From Bacilli bacterium (GTDB lineage Bacteria > Bacillota_I > Bacilli_A > RFN20 > CAG-826), in contig JAZQOV010000003.1 of NCBI GenBank assembly GCA_045628045.1, positions 32,001 to 96,000 on the forward strand: DNA of 64,000 nt, in the 5' to 3' direction. Made by a program: the position numbers and the translations under genes. Shown in pieces: positions 10,581 to 19,325 of this stretch. The notes under the pieces were generated by a model. That model was not told the origin of the DNA. It saw only the letters and a list, made by a program, of their open reading frames with translations, and did not search any database. How positions within the stretch are numbered: the stretch's first letter is position 1; every line of letters begins with the position of its first letter.

Positions 10581-10714
10581 GTGGTTGACTGCTTACGTGA
10601 CATTGTAGCCGACTTTTTAATTTATAAAGTAAATTCTTGAATTATTCTACAGATAATCTTATAATAATTTTGGTCGGTTGATTATACCTTAAATGCGTTC
10701 TATACCGACTTTTT
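10581..10714 (+). ncRNA. Two related small hairpin RNA-like elements convergent on the 112-aa orphan gene
   Basis: Element A (10581-10618) and element B (10673-10714) share GGTTGAYT...CCGACTTTTT. B is preceded by TTGAAT-17-TATAAT (10637-10665). Confidence 0.45.
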
Positions 10715-11038
10715 CTTTTGCTTTTTTATTCGTTTTACTTTTCGTTTATCATTAATATTAAACGACCATTCTTTTAAATTTTTATCTTCAAATGAAGATA
10801 ATTCATCAATATAAATCTTTGGAATTAGATAATATTTATCTAAGATTTTGTCCTTATTTGGATTCGGATGTTTATATAGAGGCACATTAACAAGTATTAC
10901 TTTAGTGTTATTTTTCTTATGCTTTAAGATATTTGGTTTAGTGGTGATGAGAATATTTTTTCTTTTCTTTCCTAATTCTTTAAACAAATAGGCATAATGT
11001 TTTCTCTTCTTATTGAATCTAAATTCACTTAAAGACAT
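10700..11038 (-). CDS. Basic hypothetical protein (possible small endoribonuclease toxin)
   Basis: 112 aa, Lys-rich, EFRFNKKRKHYAY...ITT...NVPLYKHPNPN...Y pattern; starts 2 bp after radC. Confidence 0.65.
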   Translation of the reverse strand: MSLSEFRFNKKRKHYAYLFKELGKKRKNILITTKPNILKHKKNNTKVILVNVPLYKHPNPNKDKILDKYYLIPKIYIDELSSFEDKNLKEWSFNINDKRKVKRIKKQKKKSV

Positions 11039-11040
11039 AT

Positions 11041-11709
11041 TTATTTCTCCTGGTTAAATGAATAATACCCGTCTTTAAAAATAATAATGTGATCCACTAA
11101 TTTAATACCTAAGTTTTTCGCAGATTTTTCAATTGCCTTTGTAGCTAAAATATCATCATCACTTGCAGAAGTTTCACCATCAGGATGATTGTGAATTAAA
11201 ATGAAACCTTTAGCTTTAGCTAATATTATCTGTTGAAGTATCTCTCTAACGTCAATTGAAAAGGTATCAAAAGTGCCTTTATAAAGTAACTTTTCTTGCT
11301 TAATTCTATTCTTTGAATCAAGCATAATTATAAGAAGAACTTCTTGATCATAATTTTCAAGATATTGATAACGCAAATAAACTTCCTCAGAAGATTTAAT
11401 TTGCTCGTCTTTTTGATATTTTGAAGAATTAAGTCTATGGTGAAATTCAAAAGTCGCCATGAGTCTTAAGGCATAGCCTTCTTTTAAACCTTTGTGTTCC
11501 ATTAACGCTGAAATAGAAGCATTTGATAAAGAATACATCGAATTAAAATATGAAGACAAAAGATCATTAGCAATTTCTAAAGCTGAATTATTTGGTCCAC
11601 CAGAACCAATAAGAAGTGCTAATAATTCTTGATCGCTTAATTCTTCAATTCCATAACGTAAAGCCTTTTCGCGCGGGCGTAAATTAATAGGAATATCAGC
11701 TATTTTCAT
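11041..11709 (-). CDS. radC: RadC family JAB-domain protein
   Basis: RPREKAL.YG...LSDQELLALL, HNHPDG...S..D and LVDHII. Confidence 0.93.
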   Translation of the reverse strand: MKIADIPINLRPREKALRYGIEELSDQELLALLIGSGGPNNSALEIANDLLSSYFNSMYSLSNASISALMEHKGLKEGYALRLMATFEFHHRLNSSKYQKDEQIKSSEEVYLRYQYLENYDQEVLLIIMLDSKNRIKQEKLLYKGTFDTFSIDVREILQQIILAKAKGFILIHNHPDGETSASDDDILATKAIEKSAKNLGIKLVDHIIIFKDGYYSFNQEK

Positions 11710-11885
11710 TACTTCCAGCTAAATTTCCATCCGCCTGGTACAGTTGAACTTCCTTCTTCTGACATAAACATCTTATACATAATGACCGCAACAAGCGCAA
11801 TCGCGCACACGGCCATGACTGTCGCTAAGGCAACTTCACCAGTCACAATTGTTTGCATATCTTTCTTTGATAATTTGTATTTCAT
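11709..11885 (-). CDS. 58-aa membrane peptide with double-glycine-like leader
   Basis: Below the ORF-track cutoff. AGGAGG RBS. MKYKLSKKDMQTIVTGEVALATVMAVCAIALVAVIMYKMFMSEEGSSTVPGGWKFSWK. Its stop overlaps the radC ATG (TAATG). Confidence 0.75.
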   Translation of the reverse strand: MKYKLSKKDMQTIVTGEVALATVMAVCAIALVAVIMYKMFMSEEGSSTVPGGWKFSWK

Positions 11886-11983
11886 AACACATCCTCCTAC
11901 ATACTAATTAGAGATTTTTTGGAGAAAATGTTAATAAATAAAAAAAGGAACCTATAGGTTCCTTAATTTTTAGAGTTTTTTTC

Positions 11984-12454
11984 TTACTTAGTTTCAATCT
12001 TAAGAATTTCGACTTTGTATTCTTTCATTGCGTGAACAGAAACAATGTCACCAACATTCTTATCAACAAGAGCTTTTCCAAGTGGTGAAACATTTGAAAT
12101 TAATCCTTTTAATGGATTTGCTTCAACTGTTCCAACAATTGTATAGCTTGCAGTTGAATTATCAGTTAAATCTTTGATTGTAACTGTAGATCCAAGGAAA
12201 ACACCTTTTGCCTTGGATTTTTCGGAAATGATTTTAACATTTGCGAGAATATTTTCGATTTCTTTAATACGGCCTTCGATTTCAGCTTGTTTTGTTCTTG
12301 CTGCATCGTAATCAGCGTTTTCGCTTAAGTCGCCTTGTGCACGAGCTGCTTGAAGAGCTTCAATACAAGCTGGGCGATCAATATCAATTAAGTGGCGTAA
12401 TTCTTTTTCTAACTTTTCAGCGCCTTCTTTAGTAAGTTCAATTTTGTTAACCAT
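11984..12454 (-). CDS. greA: Transcription elongation factor GreA
   Basis: ARAQGDLSENADYDAAR and ISNVSPLGKAL. Confidence 0.97.
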   Translation of the reverse strand: MVNKIELTKEGAEKLEKELRHLIDIDRPACIEALQAARAQGDLSENADYDAARTKQAEIEGRIKEIENILANVKIISEKSKAKGVFLGSTVTIKDLTDNSTASYTIVGTVEANPLKGLISNVSPLGKALVDKNVGDIVSVHAMKEYKVEILKIETK

Positions 12455-12514
12455 GAGTCTAATCTCCTAAATTGCATTAAAGAGTTTATCAATACTCTTT
12501 CTTTTTGTAAATTA

Positions 12515-12781
12515 TTATTTTTTAATCTCTTGAATCTTTTCGTCATTCATATATGCATTAAAGACTTCTTCTGCTTCTGCATATTCTTCATCATCTTCAA
12601 TTTCTTCAAGAGCTCCATCCTTTTCATTAACAGAGAAAACAAGAATGTTATCTTCATCATCTTTCTCATAGAGAAAAACATATTGTTTTTTGCGTTGTTC
12701 TGATTCGTAAGTGAACAAAATTTTCATGACTTTTTCTTCACCAGAATCAGTCGTAATAATCATTTCATCATCAAGTATCAT
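12515..12781 (-). CDS. DUF1292 family protein
   Basis: Acidic, LEEIEDDEEY...EVFN; canonical position after ruvX. Confidence 0.85.
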   Translation of the reverse strand: MILDDEMIITTDSGEEKVMKILFTYESEQRKKQYVFLYEKDDEDNILVFSVNEKDGALEEIEDDEEYAEAEEVFNAYMNDEKIQEIKK

Positions 12782-13209
12782 TTCTTTTCTCCAAATTTTT
12801 CTAAATATCTTTCTAAAATGACAACTGCTGCCATTTCATCGATAATTTCTTTTCGTTTCTCGTAGCTTAATCCAGTTACTTTTAACTTTTCGTCAGCCTC
12901 GATTGTTGAATAACTTTCATCAATCATTTCGATGTGAAGTTCTGGATTAGATTTTATTAAATCATCTCTAAAACGAAGACAACTTTGAGCATGTGGGGAA
13001 ACGTCTCCTGAAGAATATAAAGGCATTCCTAACGCAATAGTTTTAATGCCTTCTTTTTTACAAAGTTCAAGAACATGTTCTCTTGCCTTTTTAAAGTTGC
13101 CAGGCTCAAATCTAAAAGTCTCAACGCCATGTGCTGCGATTCTTAAAGAATCGGTTTCAGCAATTCCGATAGTTGTAGTACCTAAATCTAAACCGAGAAT
13201 TTTATCCAT
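12778..13209 (-). CDS. ruvX: RuvX/YqgF family nuclease
   Basis: ILGLDLGTTTIGIA, DESYST and IDEMAAVVILE. Confidence 0.93.
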   Translation of the reverse strand: MDKILGLDLGTTTIGIAETDSLRIAAHGVETFRFEPGNFKKAREHVLELCKKEGIKTIALGMPLYSSGDVSPHAQSCLRFRDDLIKSNPELHIEMIDESYSTIEADEKLKVTGLSYEKRKEIIDEMAAVVILERYLEKFGEKK

Positions 13210-15809
13210 TATTTAATAAGTCCTTTAAACGTTTCAAAGGCTTCTGGAAGTTTTGAAAGTAAACGTCCACGACCATTTGCCATATTTGGACGCCCTCCGC
13301 CACCGCCACCTAAAACTTTAGCAACTTCTCTTACTAAATCTCCGGCCTTATTATTTTCAAGTGCTTTTCCGCCTGCAAAAATAGCAATTGGAAGTTCACC
13401 ATCTTGTCCACCAACAAGAAGAATGACGTAGTCATTAAATTTAACTTTTAATTCATCGCCAATGGAATTAATGTTGTCCATTGAGTTGCCTTCAAAGTGT
13501 TTGCAAAGAACTTTATAACCTTTAATTTCTTCAAATTCTGCTTCAACATTTGCAGCATTTTGATGTGAAATTTTGTCCATCATTGAATCAAGTTTTTTAT
13601 TAGCTTCATTTAACTTATTTAATAAGTCATGTGCACGCGCTAAAGCTTCTTTAGCATTTGTGCATCCAATTGACTTACATACAGCCATTAAAGCATCTTC
13701 CTTCTCTTTGAGAAGCTTGTAGCCACCAATTGATGATCTTCCTTGAATTCTACGGACTCCTGCAGCAACAGAAGATTCAGATTCGATTACAAATACGCCA
13801 ATGTCTGAAGTATTTTTAACATGGCAGCCACCGCAGAATTCAATAGATTCATTACCGAATTTAACAACACGGACTGAATCACCATATTTTTCTGAGAAGA
13901 ATGCTTTAGCTCCAAGTTTGCTTGCTTCTTCCTTATTCATAACTTTGATATCAGATGGAATTGCTTGAGCAATTAATTTATTAACTTCTGCTTCAATAGC
14001 ATGAAGTTGCTCATCTGAAATCTTCTCATAATGGTTAAAGTCAAATCTCATGTATTCATCACATACAAAAGAACCCATTTGTTTAATTTGATTGCCTAAA
14101 ACTTTATCAAGCGCAGTTTGAAGTAAGTGAGTTGCAGAGTGATTTCTTTCAATAAGTTTACGTTTTTCAACATCAAGTGAAACATGTAATTTATCACGAA
14201 CTTTAACGCTTCCTTTAATAACTTTTACTGAATGTAAATGTTGTTTATTAGGAGCTTTTTGAGTTGAAATAACTTCTAGTTCAACATCTTTAGATGTTAA
14301 TTTACCTGTATCGGCGATTTCACCACCCATTTCAGCATAGAAATTTGTTTTATCAAGAATGACTTCGCCTTCATCAGAAATGGCGTCCACTTTAACACCG
14401 TCTTTAAATAAACCGATGACTTTTGCGTCGAGTTCATCGTGCTCATAAACAAACTCTGAAGGTTCCTTAAAATCAAGAAGATCTTTAGATTGTTTGTGCA
14501 TGGATTGTTCACCAGAACGAGCATTTCTTGCTCTTTCTTTTTGAGCTTCCATTTCTTTTTCAAAGCCTTTTTCGTCAACTTCAACACCCATTTCTTTACA
14601 AATATCTTTTGTTAAATCAAGTGGGAATCCGAAAGTGTCATAAAGCATAAAAGCATCTTTCCCATCAAGGACTTTTTTGCTTTCAAGCTTTTCACGAAGC
14701 AAAGCTTCGCCACTCTCTAATGTGACAATGAACTTTTCTTCTTCAGCCTTTAACATTTTTGAAATATGTTCAATTTTATCCATGTATTCTGGATAGAATT
14801 CTTTGTATTTCTCTGCGACGACTGGAACAAGAGTGTACATAAATGGTTTATGAATTCCGATTTGTTTTGCAAATCTCATAGCTCTACGGACAAGTCTACG
14901 TAAAACGTAGCCACGTCCTTCATTTGAGAACATTTCTCCATCGCCAATTGCAAATGTAACAGCACGAATATGGTCTGCAATAACTCTGTAAGGAGTCAAA
15001 TTTGGTGCTTTATAAGGGACACTTGCAATCTTTTCAACAGCTTTAATAATTGGTTCAAATAAATCTGTTTCAAAGTTTGTGTCAGTTTCTTGCAAGACTG
15101 ATGCAATTCTCTCTAAACCTGCACCAGTATCAATGTTTTTAGATGGTAATTCTTTGTATTCACTACGTGGAATTCCAGGTTGAGCATTAAATTGTGAGAA
15201 AACAATTCCCCAAATTTCAATGTATCTATCGTTTTCAATTTCTTCACGTAAGAGTTTTTCTCCTAAGTGATTTGGATCGTATTTTTCACCACGATCAAAG
15301 AAGACTTCAGTGTTTGGGCCTGCTGGACCTTCACCAATTTCCCAATAGTTTCCTTCAAGTGGAATAAGATGTGATTCTTCAACACCTTGTGCAAGCCAAA
15401 GTTTATGAGTTTCTTCATCAATTGGGTTATAAGTAAAATAAAGTTTATCTTTTGGCATTTCGAATTCTTTAGTTAAAATTTCAAAAGCCCAAGCAACAAC
15501 TTCTTTCTTAAAATAATCTCCAATTGAGAAGTTTCCAAGCATTTCAAAAAGAGTTTGATGTCTAGCTGTAAAACCAACGTTTTCAATATCGTTTGTACGA
15601 ATTGATTTTTGAACGTTTGTGATTCTACGAGTTGGAGGAACTTCACTTCCATCCATATACTTCTTTAATGCAGCAACACCCGAGTTAATCCAAAGTAAAG
15701 ATGGATCATTATAAGGAATAAGGTTTGCTCCTTTTTCAATATGGTGTCCTTTTGATTCAAAGAATTTTAACCATGTTTCTCTGATTTGTTGACCTGTTAA
15801 TTTCTTCAT
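13209..15809 (-). CDS. alaS: Alanine--tRNA ligase
   Basis: TFEMLGNFS-like TLFEMLGNFSIGDYFK, IDTGAGLER, editing motifs NHSATHLL and EFCGGCH, and GGGGGRP. Confidence 0.98.
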   Translation of the reverse strand: MKKLTGQQIRETWLKFFESKGHHIEKGANLIPYNDPSLLWINSGVAALKKYMDGSEVPPTRRITNVQKSIRTNDIENVGFTARHQTLFEMLGNFSIGDYFKKEVVAWAFEILTKEFEMPKDKLYFTYNPIDEETHKLWLAQGVEESHLIPLEGNYWEIGEGPAGPNTEVFFDRGEKYDPNHLGEKLLREEIENDRYIEIWGIVFSQFNAQPGIPRSEYKELPSKNIDTGAGLERIASVLQETDTNFETDLFEPIIKAVEKIASVPYKAPNLTPYRVIADHIRAVTFAIGDGEMFSNEGRGYVLRRLVRRAMRFAKQIGIHKPFMYTLVPVVAEKYKEFYPEYMDKIEHISKMLKAEEEKFIVTLESGEALLREKLESKKVLDGKDAFMLYDTFGFPLDLTKDICKEMGVEVDEKGFEKEMEAQKERARNARSGEQSMHKQSKDLLDFKEPSEFVYEHDELDAKVIGLFKDGVKVDAISDEGEVILDKTNFYAEMGGEIADTGKLTSKDVELEVISTQKAPNKQHLHSVKVIKGSVKVRDKLHVSLDVEKRKLIERNHSATHLLQTALDKVLGNQIKQMGSFVCDEYMRFDFNHYEKISDEQLHAIEAEVNKLIAQAIPSDIKVMNKEEASKLGAKAFFSEKYGDSVRVVKFGNESIEFCGGCHVKNTSDIGVFVIESESSVAAGVRRIQGRSSIGGYKLLKEKEDALMAVCKSIGCTNAKEALARAHDLLNKLNEANKKLDSMMDKISHQNAANVEAEFEEIKGYKVLCKHFEGNSMDNINSIGDELKVKFNDYVILLVGGQDGELPIAIFAGGKALENNKAGDLVREVAKVLGGGGGGRPNMANGRGRLLSKLPEAFETFKGLIK

Positions 15810-15819
15810 TTTTTGGCCT

Positions 15820-15980
15820 CCTAAACAAAATAAAAAAGTATCAATTAGGAACGAGTTAATCGCGGTACCATCCTAATTCAATACTTTGTATTGCACTTCA
15901 TTAATTTGTCCTTAACGCAGAACTACGTCAACTTTCATTGACTCCAAAGGAGTAGCATTACGTTCCTTTATGGGAGTTCT
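15820..15980 (-). ncRNA. T-box leader of alaS (Ala GCU specifier)
   Basis: AATTAGGA-TGGTACC-GCG...CGTTCCTAATT antiterminator, GCGTTA IIA/B-like motif, short Stem I with GCT at 15954-15956, and TATAAT at 15984-15989. Confidence 0.85.
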
Positions 15981-16072
15981 ATAATTATACACTGAATTCA
16001 AATTCAGTAAACAAATTTTAATAGCAATTTATTTTAAATAAGATAAAATAATAAGCAAGGTAGGAAGCAAAA

Positions 16073-16144
16073 ATGATTACTAATTGCATTTCAAAAAATA
16101 GTAAAGTCAATGCTTTTTACTTTGGTTATTTTTACTATAGGTAA
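16073..16144 (+). CDS. Phe/Tyr-rich leader peptide (23 aa)
   Basis: MITNCISKNSKVNAFYFGYFYYR* preceded by AAGGTAGGAAG, upstream of the ABC operon. Confidence 0.7.
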   Translation: MITNCISKNSKVNAFYFGYFYYR

Positions 16145-16146
16145 TT

Positions 16147-16233
16147 GTTTCCTGCTGTAAAAATAATTGGTGGGAGACTTAAGTTGAACACCAAGCAAAG
16201 ATAGCCCGGTGTTCACTCCCGGGATTTATTTTT
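16147..16233 (+). promoter_or_regulatory. Transcription attenuator with mutually exclusive hairpins
   Basis: Hairpin 16147-16178; antiterminator 16172-16220; terminator CCCGG/CCGGG (16205-16223) followed by ATTTATTTTT. Confidence 0.65.
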
Positions 16234-16251
16234 GTAAAGGAGTTATTAATT

Positions 16252-17244
16252 ATGAAGAAAACAAAATTGATCTCACTACTTGCTTTAGCAACTGCTGCGG
16301 CAGGACTTGCTTCATGCGGTAACAAAGCCAAATGGCAAATTGGTATTCTTTTACCAGTCGAACACAATGCGCTTCAATCTTGTGCAGATGGATTCGTTGA
16401 AGGATTAAAAGAAGCTGGACTCAAAGAAGGTACAGATTTCTCCGTCGAATTTAGAAATGCTGCAGGCAAAGATGCTGATTTACAAAACTTTGCAAAGCAA
16501 CTTGTCGCTTCCAAAGATATGACCTTTGGTTTAGGAACAGGTGCATCTCAAGCATTAAAATCTGCATCAATTGACAAAGGATCACTTAATCCGGTTTTAT
16601 TCTCTGCAGTTACTGACCCAGTTGATGCTGGATTAGTTGAAAGCTTAGAAAATGGCAAAGGTTTTGTTACAGGTTCAAGTGATGCTCAACCAATTGCTGA
16701 ACAAATCGCTTTAATTAAAGAATGCCTTCCTGAAGCTGACAAAATTGGAATTATTTACACACAAAGTGAAACAAATTCCATTGTTCAAGCTGACCAAGCT
16801 GAAGCTGCCGCAAAAGCTGCAGGCTTAGAAGTTGTTAGACAAACAGTTACAGGCCCAGGAGACATTAATACTGTCGCTCTAGCTTTAGCTAGTGTTGATG
16901 GAATGGACGCAATTTATGTTCCAACCGACAACAATATTGCAGCAAATATGAATGCTGTTAAGGAAGCAGCAAACTCTAAACATGTTCTTGTTGTTGCAGG
17001 TGAAGAAGGTATGCTTTCTACCGGTGGTCACATCACTCTTTCTATCGATTATAAAGAATTAGGAAAACGTACAGGCGAAGTCGCTGCTCAAATTTTAAGA
17101 GGCGAAAAGAAAGTCTATGAAGTTCCTGTTATTACAATGACAAAAGAAGACTGCAAATTAGTCTATAGTAGCGTAAATCTTGCCGCTTCTGGAATTGTTC
17201 TTCCACAAAGCGTTTTAGATAAATGTGAGGATATGTCTAAATAA
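16252..17244 (+). CDS. ABC transporter substrate-binding lipoprotein (TrpX-like, aromatic amino acid)
   Basis: Lipobox LASC, VEHNAL, FSAVTDPVDAGLV, TGSSD and YVPTDN. Confidence 0.88.
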   Translation: MKKTKLISLLALATAAAGLASCGNKAKWQIGILLPVEHNALQSCADGFVEGLKEAGLKEGTDFSVEFRNAAGKDADLQNFAKQLVASKDMTFGLGTGASQALKSASIDKGSLNPVLFSAVTDPVDAGLVESLENGKGFVTGSSDAQPIAEQIALIKECLPEADKIGIIYTQSETNSIVQADQAEAAAKAAGLEVVRQTVTGPGDINTVALALASVDGMDAIYVPTDNNIAANMNAVKEAANSKHVLVVAGEEGMLSTGGHITLSIDYKELGKRTGEVAAQILRGEKKVYEVPVITMTKEDCKLVYSSVNLAASGIVLPQSVLDKCEDMSK

Positions 17245-17246
17245 AT

Positions 17247-18236
17247 ATGCTAGATGTTATTATTAATATTTTAACTTCTGGTCTTCCTTGCGTATTACTT
17301 GCGCTTGGCATTTTCTTAACCTTTAGAATACTTGATTTTGCAGATTTAACTGCCGAAGGCAGTTTCTTAATTGGTGCTGCCGTTTCAGGATTACTTATTG
17401 TTAACGGAGTTAATCCTTGGATTGCAACATTTTGTTCATTCTTAGCAGGCGGAGCTTGCGGAGTTATTACAGGTGTTTTAAATCGTTATCTTAAAATACC
17501 AAAACTATTAAGTGGAATTATTACAATGACCGCCTGCGCTTCAATTGCAATGTTAATTATGGGTGCCCAAAAAGGAAACTCCACTCTATTTGCATCACAA
17601 ATTACATTTACAAACATTCAAAAAGGCGGAACAAGTCAAACAATTTACACATTATTTGCGCCTTGGAAATTTGTTGAAGGTTATAACCAATGGATTATTG
17701 CTTCACCTTTAGGTGAAATCATTAAAATCCTTGTAATGTTATTTGTTGTCTTAGTAATTATGTTCGGTATTTATTTCTTCTTTGGAACTGAATACGGAAT
17801 GGCAATTAGAGCAACAGGTTTAAATGAAAACATGTCTAATTCTCAAGGCATCAACGCAAATATAACAACTATTGTTTGTATCGCAATTTCAAATGCTTTG
17901 ATTGCTCTTGGTGGCTCACTTTATGTTCAAGATGCAAAAACTGTATCCACCGTTTCTGCGGCTGGTTACTTAGTAATTGGTCTTGCTTCAATCCTTATTG
18001 GAGAAGCCATATTCGGAAAAAGAACATTTAAGAACTGGATTATTTCCGTTGCTTTAGGCGCAATTGTTTACTTTGTAATTATTACAATTGCTACTAGACT
18101 TGGTCTTCCAACTGAACTTAAGAGCTTGCTTTATGCAGTGCTTATTACAATTGCACTTTGCTTGCCTCTTATAAAATCTGGCTTTAAAAAGCTATTTCAT
18201 ATTAAACAAGACATCGCTTCGGAGGTAAGAAAATGA
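17247..18236 (+). CDS. ABC transporter permease (TrpY-like)
   Basis: FRILDFADLTAEGSF, GMAIRATG.N and LVIGLASILIGE. Confidence 0.9.
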   Translation: MLDVIINILTSGLPCVLLALGIFLTFRILDFADLTAEGSFLIGAAVSGLLIVNGVNPWIATFCSFLAGGACGVITGVLNRYLKIPKLLSGIITMTACASIAMLIMGAQKGNSTLFASQITFTNIQKGGTSQTIYTLFAPWKFVEGYNQWIIASPLGEIIKILVMLFVVLVIMFGIYFFFGTEYGMAIRATGLNENMSNSQGINANITTIVCIAISNALIALGGSLYVQDAKTVSTVSAAGYLVIGLASILIGEAIFGKRTFKNWIISVALGAIVYFVIITIATRLGLPTELKSLLYAVLITIALCLPLIKSGFKKLFHIKQDIASEVRK

Positions 18237-19294
18237 TTGAATTAACAAATTTAACAAAGATCTTTAACCTCTCTGGAGATGAAAGAGACAAACGTGTTGC
18301 TTTAAATCACGTTAATCTAAAGATTAACGATGGCGAATTTGTCACTATTATTGGTTCAAATGGGTCTGGTAAAACCACCACTATGAACTTAATCGCTGGC
18401 ACTTACACACCAACTGAAGGTGAAATTTCACTTTCTGGTATGCCTATTTCCGAAATGAAGGAATTTAAACGTGCTAAATACTTTGGCCGTGTATTCCAAG
18501 ATCCAAGAATGGGCACAACAGGCGAAATGTCTGTTCTCGAAAACCTTGAAATTGCTTATAGACGTGGAAAACACCACTCGCCAGTTAAATGGGGTTTCTC
18601 AAATGAAACTGTTAGGGATTACTTTATTTCTCAAGTCAAACAATTTGATTTAGGACTTGAAGATAGAATGAATCAAAAAGTTGGCCGTATGTCAGGAGGA
18701 CAACGTCAAGCATTAACTTTGTTAATGGCTGCAAATGATTCACGCATCGATACAAGAAAAGAATTTATTCAAATGAACTTTGATGTGGCTTCTGGCCCAC
18801 TTAATATTGAATTAAGAAACACTAACGATAAAACTAAACAAAACGAAATCAAAAATAAGTTGAAACAACTTAAAAAAGATTGCATAAGTAAAGCTGGGAA
18901 ATTCTATGATGAAGCAAAAGCTGAATATCTTAAAAAGATTACAAAAAATGCAACAAAAGAAGAAAAACTCAATGCTTTAGTTGATTTATCAAATAAACTC
19001 CATGATTACAACGGAGACAGAAAGATTTTGCTTCTTGATGAGCATACTGCTGCGCTTGATCCTAAAACAGCTAAAAAAGTTTTGGAACTTACAAATAAAA
19101 TTGTAAGAGCAAAAAAATTAACTACTCTTATGATTACCCACAACATGAAAGATGCTATTACTTATGGTGATAGATTAATCATGTTCCATCATGGACAAAT
19201 CATTCATGATTTCAAAGGTAAAGAAAAATCCAAACTTACTGTTGATGACTTATTAACACTGTTTGAAAAGGCAGATAAGGCAGACGAAAAGTAA
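18233..19294 (+). CDS. ABC transporter ATPase (TrpZ-like) with ~90-aa insertion
   Basis: GSNGSGKTT, FQDP, MSGGQRQ and LLLDEHTAALDP. Confidence 0.9.
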   Translation: MIELTNLTKIFNLSGDERDKRVALNHVNLKINDGEFVTIIGSNGSGKTTTMNLIAGTYTPTEGEISLSGMPISEMKEFKRAKYFGRVFQDPRMGTTGEMSVLENLEIAYRRGKHHSPVKWGFSNETVRDYFISQVKQFDLGLEDRMNQKVGRMSGGQRQALTLLMAANDSRIDTRKEFIQMNFDVASGPLNIELRNTNDKTKQNEIKNKLKQLKKDCISKAGKFYDEAKAEYLKKITKNATKEEKLNALVDLSNKLHDYNGDRKILLLDEHTAALDPKTAKKVLELTNKIVRAKKLTTLMITHNMKDAITYGDRLIMFHHGQIIHDFKGKEKSKLTVDDLLTLFEKADKADEK

Positions 19295-19295
19295 T

Positions 19296-19325
19296 AAAAA
19301 GGTTCCGTTAAATCGGAACTTTTTT
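19296..19325. terminator. Bidirectional terminator between the ABC operon and mnmA
   Basis: AAAAAGGTTCCG-ttaaat-CGGAACTTTTTT. Confidence 0.75.

Noticed and set aside
11041-11709. radC as a marker of a mobile element
   Set aside because: It is the full-length chromosomal form with the N-terminal RPRE/HhH region, in a housekeeping context with no integrase or transfer genes.
18737-19021. Intein in the ABC ATPase
   Set aside because: No Cys/Ser N-terminal residue, no His-Asn C-terminus, and too short.
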